64,000 nt of DNA. Source: Tubiluchus corallicola (taxonomy: Eukaryota > Animalia > Priapulida). The translations under genes were made by a program, and so were the position numbers. Below are positions 52,760 through 64,000 of this stretch, piece after piece (positions within the stretch are counted from its first letter, which is position 1; every line of letters starts with the position of its first letter). The notes under the pieces are model-generated. The model was not told where the DNA came from. It was given only the letters and a program-made list of their open reading frames with translations, and ran no database searches. The DNA is taken from NCBI GenBank assembly GCA_030141605.1, contig JAQGDQ010000490.1, positions 94,591-158,590 on the forward strand, written 5' to 3'.

Positions 52760-53304
52760 AGGAAAATCGGATGATTGTGTAAACACGAGTTCAGAATAAA
52801 GAATGGTCTAAAATATTGAAAACTACAACAGCTTTTTTAAATCAAAGCTTAGATTAAATAATAATTACCTCGGATACTCAAATTTTGTTAAACTTTCAAA
52901 GCTATGTGCGGCTCAGTGAATCTACTAAGATTGGCAATGGCGCCTTTTTGTCACGTTCGTGTGGCCGACAAATAGAAAGCGGTACCATGATAACCATGAT
53001 CATGAGCTGCAGTGTTAGTTTCTGACGTCATATGATGTAAAACCCATTTTTCGTGACATCATGCTCTTAAACAGTGCTGTAACATTTATGCAAATGTGCT
53101 TGACGTGCGAGGGAAGATGCCTGCCGTTGCACAAACTGTGGTTAGTTTCTGACGTAAGCAATAGCTGTGTTTGGTTGCCGATAATTAACTTTCTAAGCTA
53201 ATTATTCAAATATAAGAAACAACTGTTAAATTTTATAGGCAAAAATGTATTTTTAGACAGTAAATTAAAATGAGATTGAATCTAAACAATCGACGGGTTT
53301 TCCT
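52760..53304 (+). mobile_element. TTAA-flanked non-autonomous DNA transposon family B (Kolobok-like), copy 1
   Basis: TTAA|aggaaaa...ttttcct|TTAA. Second copy at 62485-63012; internal fragment inverted at ~46540-46650. Confidence 0.85.
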
Positions 53305-53649
53305 TTAAGATTAGAATATAAACAAACACAGACTACAAATTTTAACTGCAAAAAAACTTGTTGAGTAGAATTTTGTATTTGCATCGCATGACTACAGAAA
53401 TATTTATTAATAGTCTTACACACAGTAATTAAACACGGCTATCATTCAGAAAACCTCGGTAATCTTATGGCTACACGCAGCTCCGGTTACGGCAATTGGT
53501 TACGGCAATTAAACAGCAAATGCCTTCAGCTATTTTCTGCTTCTTAACCAAGTTAACCAGTTAATAAGTGCGTTAAGTCACCCTGGCGTGAAAAGTGCAT
53601 AAATCTGGTTTACATAACAGCAGTTTGTGAGTTAATCTTGAGATAAATT

Positions 53650-54362
53650 ATATAAAGTTTTAAGATAATTATATCATTCATTCCTGCTACCACTTTAAAC
53701 ACTAGAACATACAATTTGAAGCAAATTACAGTAAACAATAAATTTGGAAATAACTCTATATCAAAACAGGCCATACATTTATGGAACTTACTACCCAGTG
53801 AAATAAAACAAATAGAATCTCTCCACCACTTTAAAAAGAAATTAAAAGTATATCAATATAACAGGTTTCAACTTCCACATTGTGCATCTGATATTAATTA
53901 CACAGACTCAACTTTCATCTACCCCCACCCCTGACTCCATATAACGATTAAAAATGAAATTTTTTTAAAAGAATTATGTAATGTAATACGTGTTATGTTA
54001 GTATTGTAATGTCAAATGTATAAATAGTGTAACTGTAATGAGTGAAATTTATGTAATGTAAAATTTATGTACTGAGTGAAATTTATGTAATGTAAAGCAT
54101 GTTTCTGTTAATTGTGTCATGTCAAATGTATACGTAGTGTAAAATATGTCATGTACAATTTAATGTACTTTTGTAATATTGTTTTGTAAAAATATTTTAA
54201 TATGGTGTTTGTAAATATGTTCATTTATTGTACATAGTTTTGCACTTTAGTTTTTTTAGTATGCACTGGACGCATTTGTCTTGAATAGTGTGGTTATTTT
54301 AACATTACGCTGAGGCTTACTCAATTTTATTATAATGAGTGACCATTTTTATGACAAATAAA

Positions 54363-54365
<3 letters not shown>
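53650..54365 (+). mobile_element. LINE (CR1/L2-like) 3' end
   Basis: HLWNLLPSEIKQIESLHHFKKKLK motif, then UTR, AATAAA and a (TA)n tail. Confidence 0.7.
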
Positions 54366-54411
<46 letters not shown>

Positions 54412-55329
54412 AGACTATGTCGCTGACTCATAGACGATTTAAAAATACCAATTATTTAAGAAATGTATAAGTCGACAGATAATAACACCAGTAATAATAT
54501 TTGATACCAATTTTATCAAAGAAAATATGATATAATAGGTTCTTAGACAATAATGTTAAAGTTCGTTTTAGCACTTTTTGTGGCGTTAAATCAACAATCG
54601 ATACTCAATTATTATGTCAATAAAACAAGCCAAGCAAAGCAGCTCAAATTTTGTGAACCAGTTTTCAGTTACTGCGCATGCTCTGTTGTAAAACAAAAAA
54701 GTACAGTCTGCCTCACTCACTTGCACTAAGTGCGCATGCGCTATTGACAGCACACGAGCAGCTGCACGTTAACCCTGGACTACTAAAATGTACTTGGACT
54801 GCATTACTCATTTAGACCAGAGAGTAAAGAGTCAAGGCCACACGTGACTGTAATAGCAGCGTCTAGTGTAAAATTTCTAGCAAAATCCTTTGCAGATCAT
54901 TCTCTTTTGTAGCATAAATAATAGAGAAGATTTTGCAAATTTTTATTATTATAATTCTTCATTTTTAAAAACTATGTACAGAATACATTCCCTGTATTTG
55001 TAGGGATATGTTTAAAATTTCTACAAGCATTTACAACGTATTAAACCTATTCGCATATATACATAATTAGAATCCAACGCATGAGACAGATTGAACGACA
55101 ACGATCATATACAATAGACATAGTTACAAATTACAATCCAATACTACATACATACACAATAAAAGATCACGAACATATTTTAATACTTAGTAACAAAAAT
55201 TTACACACATTATACACAATGAAAAACAGCGAGTACAATTATAATAAACATAATTACCAATTCCAATGTAAATTCACATAATCATAAATAAAAACAAAAC
55301 AGCATATAGAAAACACGACGAGAGTTGTA

Positions 55330-55630
55330 AAATTTCATCACCAACAGACTGTTTATATACGGGCGGTAGACGATAGGAATTCATCCGAGATAAGATTTGC
55401 AAAAGCATTTATAGCATTATTATCCCGGCTAGAGAAAACATAGTCCGAATCTAACGTAGGCAGTGTGCTAATAAAATCATTTCTTTTGGCTTGGTTTACT
55501 AATGTACATTCAAATAATAAATGATGTACAGACTGAGGGCTTAATAAGCAGTTACATGTGCTAGTAGGAGCCTTGCAAATTACATATTTAAACCATTTTA
55601 ATTGAGCACTATTTTTATAAAATGTCAAAC
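55330..55630 (-). mobile_element. LINE C-terminal CCHC zinc-knuckle remnant
   Basis: TCNCLLSPQSVHHLLFEC fits the CxC-x7/8-H-x4-C knuckle. Confidence 0.6.
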
Positions 55631-56265
55631 GAGTGGAAAAGGAATTTTAAAATATATCGCAAAAGACTTTCCAGACAAAGTTATATTACTTAAAATTGCA
55701 TTCACCTGTTTGAAAGACAGGTATTTAGAAAAGAAAATTCTTAGTCGCTTAAAATATTTACATCACCAGGCAAAACGACACTGCATCCCAGTGTGCAACA
55801 CTGATTCACCAAAAAACACATTCTTGATTTTGTTAACAAGATAAAGTAATTTAAACTTTTGCTGAGAAAGCAAGGAGAATTTCATATTTATGAATATTCT
55901 GATTATTTTACTTTTTTAGATTTAGTTATTCATCCATTTAGCACATACAAAAATAAAAGTTATAAAATTACTAATTAACAATGCATTACACAGTAGACGA
56001 AATTAACTTATGAACTATGCTCAACATGGATTAGACTAAATTAATGATATAAACAACTAAAAAAATCTACAGAAATTCAACTTTAATGCAGGGTAGCACA
56101 AAAAAATATTCCCCTTATATAGAACAACTAATATGATCTATAGCGTTTAGAGAGTTCTGAGTAAGTTCGAATTTCGACATTACAGTCACGTGTAACGTAA
56201 CTACAGTAATACAGTCTCTACAACATTTTAAAATTCATAAAACATCAAAAGCAATGAATGCCAAC

Positions 56266-56331
56266 CTGATCAAATCTTGGTTCTCCCAGCTTAAATGGTG
56301 GAAATCCTGCACTTTTCTCTGGCTGCGCCAT
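56266..56331 (-). CDS. SFXN5: Sideroflexin-5 exon 1
   Basis: MAQPEKSAGFPPFKLGEPRFDQ|gttggc. The 12 exons total 987 nt = 328 aa plus stop. Confidence 0.92.
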
Positions 56332-56617
56332 AGTTTGTTTCGAATTCAGTTAAAACAGAATGACGAAAATGACTGTAAGATTCTAAAATATTTAGTAATT
56401 ATAACAGCAAAGTTCTCCAGCTACAACTTGCAGCATCTCGCATAATTAGCAAATGAACGGTTTTCGTTGTTGTCGTTAGGTGGCAGGGCGATGCGCGTGT
56501 ACGTTCGCGTCCGTTTGTGGTACTGTACCAAATTCGTGTCATATTTTCATTAGGGTTTTGTGTTCTTGTTTTTAGTTTCTTGTAGTATTTTACATTAAGA
56601 ATTCTTATTAGATAAAA
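56332..56617. promoter_or_regulatory. Probable bidirectional promoter of SFXN5 and the CYREN-like gene
   Basis: Only 286 bp separate the divergent ATGs. CpG-rich patch gcgatgcgcgtgtacgttcgcgtccg at ~56488-56513. Confidence 0.7.
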
Positions 56618-56718
56618 ATGACTGCAAGAAAACGAAAACTGCCTAGCTGGTTCAATTCAAAAAGCAAAAATGCAGATGCAAGGCGTGAGCAAGAAACACA
56701 GTCGATTGTTGAAACTAG
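56618..56718 (+). CDS. CYREN: CYREN/MRI-like NHEJ regulator, coding exon 1
   Basis: MTARKRKLPSWF matches the APLF-type Ku-binding motif R-x-L-P-x-W. AG|gtatgt donor. Confidence 0.75.
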
Positions 56719-57185
56719 GTATGTAGTCTGTACAGAAGCACAGATTTTTGCTTTTTTTAATAACTATTAATATTATGTTCCTATAAGTCCCATCTTACAA
56801 GAGACAATACATTAAAAGCTTTACTTGGTTTTAGCAATTCGAGTAAAAGAGCATTACTTGTAAGTTTTTTAATAATTTTGCGGTACTATGATGTTAGTAG
56901 CTGTAACTGTGTGTATTCCACATTAGTACTTTGTGTACCAAGGGTATTTCATGCACCAGAAATTTGACTATTTCTGAAAAAATGCAGGCGATGCAGATTT
57001 GTATATTGAAAGAAAGAGGAGAGATGAAGAAAGAGAAACTGGGATATCAGCATACAGTTTATATGATGTTGCAAATTATTAAGATTGGTCATCGTTGTTG
57101 ATTTTTTAGCCGTAAATGTTTATTGATCATGATGTCGCATTGATTCGTGTAATTGATGTTTTAATTTTTTGGTTTTCTGTGTTAG

Positions 57186-57282
57186 AACTAAAAGACGATC
57201 AAACCGTGTTGTCAGGACGGTGGATTATGTGCTAAGTGAACAAGAATTACTAGAACTAGCTAAAGAGGTCTTACAAGAACAG
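57186..57282 (+). CDS. CYREN: CYREN/MRI-like, coding exon 2
   Basis: RTVDYVLSEQELLELAKEVL resembles the central MRI motif RTVYCMNEAEIVDVALGIL. Splice phases are consistent. Confidence 0.75.
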
Positions 57283-58065
57283 GTATGGTGCATAAACTTT
57301 TTATCATAGTAACATGTTCTTGCTAGAAAGGTTCTTACATGGATGTACCAGAGAATATTTATGTCATGATACAGTCATACTCTCTTTACATAACATAAAC
57401 AACATGGATTATACATACATATATATATATATATATATATTTCTAGGCATTAGTGTTGTAACAATGTTTTACTTTTTATTATTTTTTATAGAATTTATTA
57501 TTGGCATATACATTATACTGCAATGACATACATGCAACAAAACAACAACAAAATAAAAAAGTACAAAACAAAGCTATTACATTATAACTATAGAGTCAAA
57601 AAACACACACATAACATATAACATTAATATAATTTTAGTATAGATACAGTTAGGGTATCATGAAAAAATAAATAATGTTATCAGCATTTACAGGTTAGTA
57701 TTATTTACTCCTCTTCTTAAAACACTTAAAAATGTAATGGGAGACTATTTTGGTTATATCACAGTCATTAACCACCCCCCACCCCCACCCCCATTGCGAA
57801 TTTTAGCTTTTTGTTATCGTTCAAGTTAACGAAATTGCTACTGATGCATGCTATATGCGTTTTCTTATGTTTGAAATAAATTCCGTGTCGTATAATTGTT
57901 TGCACGTATCGCAAACTAGCCGATTTATTTCCTCCGAACATACCGAGACTTAATGAATCATCTGTGGTAATAATTTGGAGATCGGTAGGAAAAATTGTCT
58001 TCTGAGCTGTTGCCTATTGCTTCTTTTACATTAATGATGAAATGTTGTTTTAATTTTTAATATAG

Positions 58066-58344
58066 GCCAACGTTAAAGATGCACCAAACACAGAATTGTT
58101 AACGCATTGCTCCACAGATGGCAGCACCGAAGAAAAAGACAGTTTTACTTCTAAACGAAAAAGTTGTAAACTAAGTGACTCGAGTGATAGTGGTGTCAAA
58201 AAAACTAAAGATACTCAGCAGAACGCGGAAAGTGCAACGGCAACAAGAAATCTCCGTCGGATGTCTGATTCGCAGAAGAGCGGAAGCGGCTCCATACGGC
58301 AAAAACACAAAACCGATATGTCATTTCTCGATGAGATCTTTTAG
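58066..58344 (+). CDS. CYREN: CYREN/MRI-like, coding exon 3
   Basis: Disordered S/K/D-rich linker ending SFLDEIF* (XLF-like motif). Total 158 aa. Confidence 0.75.
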   Translation, partial: ANVKDAPNTELLTHCSTDGSTEEKDSFTSKRKSCKLSDSSDSGVKKTKDTQQNAESATATRNLRRMSDSQKSGSGSIRQKHKTDMSFLDEIF

Positions 58345-58505
58345 TGTTGTGGGTGGTGAATTTTTAAAAATGATTTTTTACGTAATTGAAGAATCAAGAG
58401 TGTGGAGAAAATGGTGGCAGAGAACAAAGACAGTTGGAACTTTTTAGTTCGCGTTTGTTGTGCAATGTGCAAAGGCTGCATATACAGTAGGCGCGCCGCT
58501 TAATA

Positions 58506-59014
58506 CAGGGATGAGAATTTTCCGCGGAATTCCGAGTTTTTGAAAAGACCAGTAGTGCCATTTTTGTAAATCGCGTAAATTCGTTGAGAAAATTTTTACG
58601 GACCCAATACATTATTTCACAAGCTGACCACTAGTTGGCAGGCCGTCACTTTGTTTACATCACGTACATCAGTGTAACCACGCGTATATCTCTATGTATA
58701 AACATATAGAATCAATTGTGCGGAGTTATTTGAGTCAATTGCAGACAGTTTTTATATACTTTTGCATAGGAGCGGCCAGTAGTTAGGCGTTTTTGAGACA
58801 ATTAGGTATCATGTATCCTTGATAGTTGGGTATTTTAAATTATGCATGAAACAAGGTAACTGATATTTTAAGTCCACTTAGAGGCTCTCTATGGTCACAA
58901 AATTGCAATTTGTTGCTGGCTCCAAGGGACCTTTGCCCCCCAACCTTTGCCTAGGTGGCTCCCAAACCCCCAGCATGTTTCAGAGTTTTTTGCGATTTGT
59001 CATTCTCATCCCTG
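58506..59014. mobile_element. MITE family G, copy 2
   Basis: TIR cagggatgagaat / attctcatccctg; ttaata at both flanks. Confidence 0.8.
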
Positions 59015-60614
59015 TTAATAGACTCACCGTGGGACCGAAGTGTTTTGACCCAATTAACCGACTGAACCTATTAACCGATGGGTGTAGTATTACTGTTATA
59101 GTAGTATAAGTCACCAGCTTACTATGCACTGCAAAGGTTTTTAATCAATTTTAGGAACGAACTAAATCCTAAATTCCTTTGTGCAGTTAAAAATTAGAAA
59201 AAAATATTTTAAAATGTTAATTTATATAAGTGAATTAGCAATAAGTTAAAAAGTATGCTTTTCTAAATCACAGACTTTTCTAAATCCGTTTATTTGCAAA
59301 AATTTCAATAATGCCTTCAAGGTCAGCTGCTTCATTTTCTCGCAAAGAAGTTGGCCCACAAAGTTCTCGTAACTATAAAAACGTTGAAAATCTGTTGCTG
59401 TGCGTGACTAGAGTAAAATGATTGGTGTAGTTGGTGCGTTAAAGTCGGTTTATTATAGTGGTTATATGCTGATCATCATTGTTTATTGAGTGACGTGTGG
59501 AACAGCCACGATGGGTATGGCAAACTATCAAGACTTGATTTAATAAACTACACATTTATTAAACAACAACCACATGGTAAATATAAGAGGATAGTAATGC
59601 CAGCCCTCCGTCTTCAAGCGTAGCAGCACCAAAATTGTGAAATGATTTACCAATTTGCACTCTTAAAATCAGTAATGTTCAAAAGTTCAAATCATTCCTC
59701 AAAACTTATTTTTATAAAGAAGCCTTTTTATTTAATTAGAAATTTGACATGGACTTATGGATTTAATTACGGCTGATTTTTATATACATGTATACGATTT
59801 TAGTTTTATTTATAACAGCCTATTGTGTATATACTATTTATGTGTTAATTTTTTAAGTATGTAAAATACATTGCCAATTTTTAATGCTAATGCACTTTAA
59901 ATATTCATTTATTTATTACTGCTGCTATTATTATTATTATTATCATCATCATTGTTATTATTATTATTATTATTACTATTATTATCATTATTATTATTAT
60001 TATCATCATCATTGTTATTATTATTATCATTATTATCATCATCATTGTTATTATTATCATCATTATTATCATCATCATTGTTATTATTATTATTATTATC
60101 ATTATTATCATCATCATTGTTATTATTATTATCATTACTATTATTATTATCATCATCATCATTATTATGTTGACAGTCAAACTGAAAAAAGCCAACTTAT
60201 GTTTGTTTGAATTTTAATATTTTTTATTAAATTGATCTACTACAATATAAAATAAATTTACAATAATTTAAATTTATGTACAAAGCATTTAGATCGGTAA
60301 CAAATCTGGGTTAAACAAGTCCGAAATCGTTTTTGGATAGGATAATTTAACTACAGCAAATCTAATGTCAAAAACATTGAATGGCAGTTTAACATAAAAA
60401 AACCTGCATTATTGTACCTTGGTTGGTTAATTTACATAAGTACTACACTAAACAAACTCTTATCATTTTACTATCTGGTTTATGGCGAAGAAGATAGTGT
60501 CAGTCTTTATTTTAAAAAAATATACAGATTATTAAATCTAAATCTAAGACTGTTTTGCAAGTGTCTAACCACGTATTTCAAGTCTATTGACTGTTTCTTA
60601 ATAAAATTTGGAAG

Positions 60615-61168
60615 CAGTGGCGGCTCTTGTATATGTACTGTGGAACTGCAGCGCCCCCTATTTTCACTCAATATTATCGATAATTATAATTAATGTTCAT
60701 TATAATAAGTCTTTTTTTTGTTTAGTTCTTTCTTTATACTTGTACTATCCAGAACACGTGAGGGTACTACTGTTTGCTTCACAGCCCAGCACAGTAATGT
60801 GTGTATGGCTGTCGTGCGGATGTGGCCAATGCGCACACGTCTGAGATAACATGCTGTACTGCTAGCGCTGCTGTTAGGTAGAGAAAGCACTGTCGCTCAC
60901 ACAATTTGCTGACAGTTGCCACCTGCTTAAAAGCCGCGTACCGGCATGTTCTTGAACTGCGACATTTCACGCTATTCGTGAGCGAACAATATTTCAATAT
61001 TTTTCTTTCGGATTCTATCAAGCTAACGTATAAATTTTCATATTTTTGTTCATTTAAAATTACAACATTAAAATTACGCACGTTTGTTTTGTTTTACACA
61101 GTATTAAAACAATGGCTAAAAATTTCTGAAGCAGCAGCACCACTAATTTTAGCTACGAGCCGCCACTA
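60615..61168. mobile_element. hAT-type MITE family E
   Basis: TIR cagtggcggctc / gagccgccacta; near-perfect 8-bp TSD (t/c)ttggaag. Confidence 0.85.
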
Positions 61169-61316
61169 CTTGGAAGGCAAAGATGACAACGGCTACGGAA
61201 AGCTGATGCGATAATTAATATATCCAGTTTTCTGACACGGTACATTATAGTAACTATAAATAAATTATATCTACATATACATATTTATGTACTGATCGGT
61301 AACTAAGCAAGTACAC

Positions 61317-61775
61317 CAGGGGTATGCAAAGTAAACTTTCACGCAATTCCTGCGGGCCACCGGCAGTTTGATCAAGGAGCCAAGTACAGTATGGCCTAAT
61401 AACGATTTTTTTGCATCCGACCTGCGTACATCATTACTACTACACTCAAGAAACTATTAGAAGTTATTAAAATTCATATTACAAATCATATATTTCTACT
61501 TTCAGGACAGATAGTGGTAATTTCATTACAATGCATATTAGTAATGTGTATCGCACAGTCTGTGTAGTACAGTGAGATTAAGCTACAACCGTCTTATAAG
61601 GGTTAATGGCATCCGATCTAGTAGAAAAAAACTACCCACACTATCTTTGGGATCGTGGCATGGACTTCAGCTGGATACACTCAATTAATCGCCCAGGCCG
61701 CACTTTCATTAGGTTGACAAAACTCTTCGCGGGCCGCACAAATTTTCTCGGCGGGCCACAATTTGCACACCCCTG
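61317..61775. mobile_element. hAT-type MITE family C, copy 2
   Basis: TIR caggggt(a)tgcaaa / tttgcacacccctg; 8-bp TSD AAGTACAC. Confidence 0.92.
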
Positions 61776-62484
61776 AAGTACACAATTAAATGTACAGAAA
61801 AAATGCATATATAACTAAAACAACAGAGACTTACAAAAAGAGTGTCACCTTTTTAAGTTCCCATCCCCAACAGTAGAGATACAGCGTTTATAAACAAAAA
61901 ATCAATATTGATAACTTTTCGTGACACCACCCACACCTATACAATGCTAAAAGCCTCTTCCGTTTTATGTACACAACTAACTATTTACTTATTTATCTTA
62001 CAAAACTGCCAATCGGTTTACACTTAACATGTTCATTTCAGCACTAACAGTATGTCAACAAAATTCTGGTATCTTTAAATCAACTAGAAACGTCTTTGAA
62101 TGCACGATAAAATCAGTAAATTTTAACAGAGAATTACAATAACAACGTCTCACAAATTCATTTTTATGCTAGAGAGTTTTGTCTATTGTCTTTGCGATTG
62201 GACCAGAGCTGAAAAAAATGTGAGTAAAAAAGAAAAATCACAATGTCTACAGAACTGAAATGCAAATGATACCTAAAGTGTAAAAATAAGGGTCTGTTCA
62301 CACATACATGACGACAATACAGTGTATGCGAAAATGCTTTTTGATACACTTGGTCAGCTGATATCAATGGCCGGCCAGCAAGATAACTCTTTGAGAATTG
62401 TCAACACATACGTGTTTTTGTGTGTACGTGAACACCATTCACGTTGCCGTGACCGTATACATCTGAGCACGCGCTAAAACTTAA

Positions 62485-63012
62485 AAGAAAACCGGACCAT
62501 TGTGTAAACATTAATTCAGAATAAAGAATGCTCTAAAATATCGAAAACCGTAATAGCTTTATTTAAATCAAAGCTTAGATTAAATAATAATTACCTCGGA
62601 TACTCAAATTTTGTTTAACTTTCAAAGCTACGCGCGGCTCAATGAATCTACTAAGATTGGCAGCGGCGCCTTTTTGTCACATTTTCGCATGGCCAACAAA
62701 TAGAAGGCGGTACCGTAATAAGCATGATCATGAACTGCAGTGTTAGTTTCTGATGTCATATGATGTAGAGCCCATTTTCGTGACATCATGCATTTAAACA
62801 GTAACACTTATGCAAATGTGTTTAACGTGTACGCTAAGATGCCTGCCATTGCACAAACTGTGGTTAGTTTCTGACGTAAGCAATAGCTGTGTTTGGTTGC
62901 CGTTAATTATTCAAATATAAGAAAGAATAGTTGAAATTTATAGGCAAGAAAATGTATATTTTGGACAGTAAATTAAAATAAGATTGAGTCTAAACAATCG
63001 TCGAGTTTTCCT
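62485..63012 (+). mobile_element. Family B DNA transposon, copy 2 (80 bp past the CHMP3 stop)
   Basis: TTAA flanks; homologous to 52760-53304. Confidence 0.85.
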
Positions 63013-63092
63013 TTAAGGTAAGTCAATTCACTCAGCTCACATAGACACATACACGCAATTTAGCAAAACAGCCAATCTTTGCTGGCAAACCA

Positions 63093-63226
63093 CTAGCTCC
63101 GCAAAGCTTCCAATCTCGCCTTCATTTCCTCCACTTCTTCTTCGTCGTCTACATCAGCTGCTGCGGCTTCCGGCTCCACGGACGGCAACGTATCGGTAAC
63201 CTTCGCCGGCGCCTTACCCATAACAC
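63093..63226 (-). CDS. CHMP3: CHMP3/VPS24 (ESCRT-III), last coding exon; upstream exons not seen in the window
   Basis: GVMGKAPAKVTDTLPSVEPEAAAADVDDEEEVEEMKARLEALRS* matches the CHMP3 C-terminus and MIM1 motif. cctttttgcgcag acceptor. Confidence 0.9.
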
Positions 63227-63547
63227 CTGCGCAAAAAGGAAATTGAAAGATTTAGCGGATTAAAATGTGACGTTAAACCTGTTATCCTAAAGTCTTAACT
63301 AGAGGCTTATTTTGTCAATTCATTTCTAACGAATTTATTTCTTCATTTCATTTCAATGGCATTTAGTTGTTACCATAATGCGATCAATAACCTTGCGTAC
63401 AGAATGGACATTTTATGTTTTAACGAGTAGAAGATAGTTAAGCCTTAAACTATTGAAAGCACCTGAAAAATCAGTGCTGATTCTGCTGTCGTTTTACCAA
63501 AACCAGGGCAGGCTCAAGGTAGTTTGATACCCTAGACAAAACTATTT

Positions 63548-64000
63548 TAGCGTCCCCTCTTTAATGGTCAACCCCTTCCCTACAGACCCAATGCACCCTC
63601 GTACAAAGTTGAATTTTTGTTGCATATATTAAAGTATAGTGTAGCGTCCCCCTCTTTAACGGTCAACCCCTTCCCTACAGACCCAATGCACCCTTGTAGA
63701 AAGTTGAATTTTTGTTGCATATATTAAAGTATGGTGTAGCGTTCCCCTCTTTAACGGTCAACGCCTTCCCTACAGACCCAATGCATCCTCGTACAAGGTT
63801 GAATTTTTGTTGCATATATTAAAGTATAGCGTAGCGTCCAAATCTTTAACGGTCAACCCCTTCCCTACAGACCCAATGCACCCTCATACATACTTGAATT
63901 TTTGTTGCATATATTAAAGTATAGTGTAGCGTCCCCCTCTTTAACGGTCAACCCCTTCCCTACAGACCCAATGCACCCTCATACAAAGTTGAATTCTTGT
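63548..64000. repeat. ~95-bp minisatellite, at least 4.7 copies, running off the window
   Basis: Unit tagcgtcccctctttaacggtcaaccccttccctacagacccaatgc... Confidence 0.93.

Overview
AT-rich invertebrate (bilaterian) nuclear DNA, rich in microsatellites, minisatellites and non-autonomous DNA transposons. Nearly all ORFs in the supplied track are low-complexity artefacts; the real genes are spliced and were rebuilt by hand from GT/AG boundaries. (1) A 3-exon Emx/empty-spiracles homeobox gene on + (471-14522). (2) A complete 12-exon sideroflexin-5 gene on - (56331-20861, 328 aa), convergent with Emx as in the vertebrate EMX1-SFXN5 pair. (3) A BTB-BACK gene with a probable C-terminal MATH domain and no intron in its CDS, nested antisense in SFXN5 intron 7 and interrupted by one in-frame TGA. 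(4) A 3-exon CYREN/MRI-like NHEJ adaptor gene head-to-head with SFXN5. (5) The last exon of CHMP3/VPS24 on -. The most unusual structure is at Emx exon 2: its exon/intron junction is amplified into 76 tandem 23-bp units, nearly all retaining the 5' splice site, and exon plus array are enclosed by ~1-kb inverted repeats. Penelope-type minimal hammerhead-ribozyme motifs occur in Emx intron 1 and SFXN5 intron 3. All identifications rest on motif recognition without database searches.
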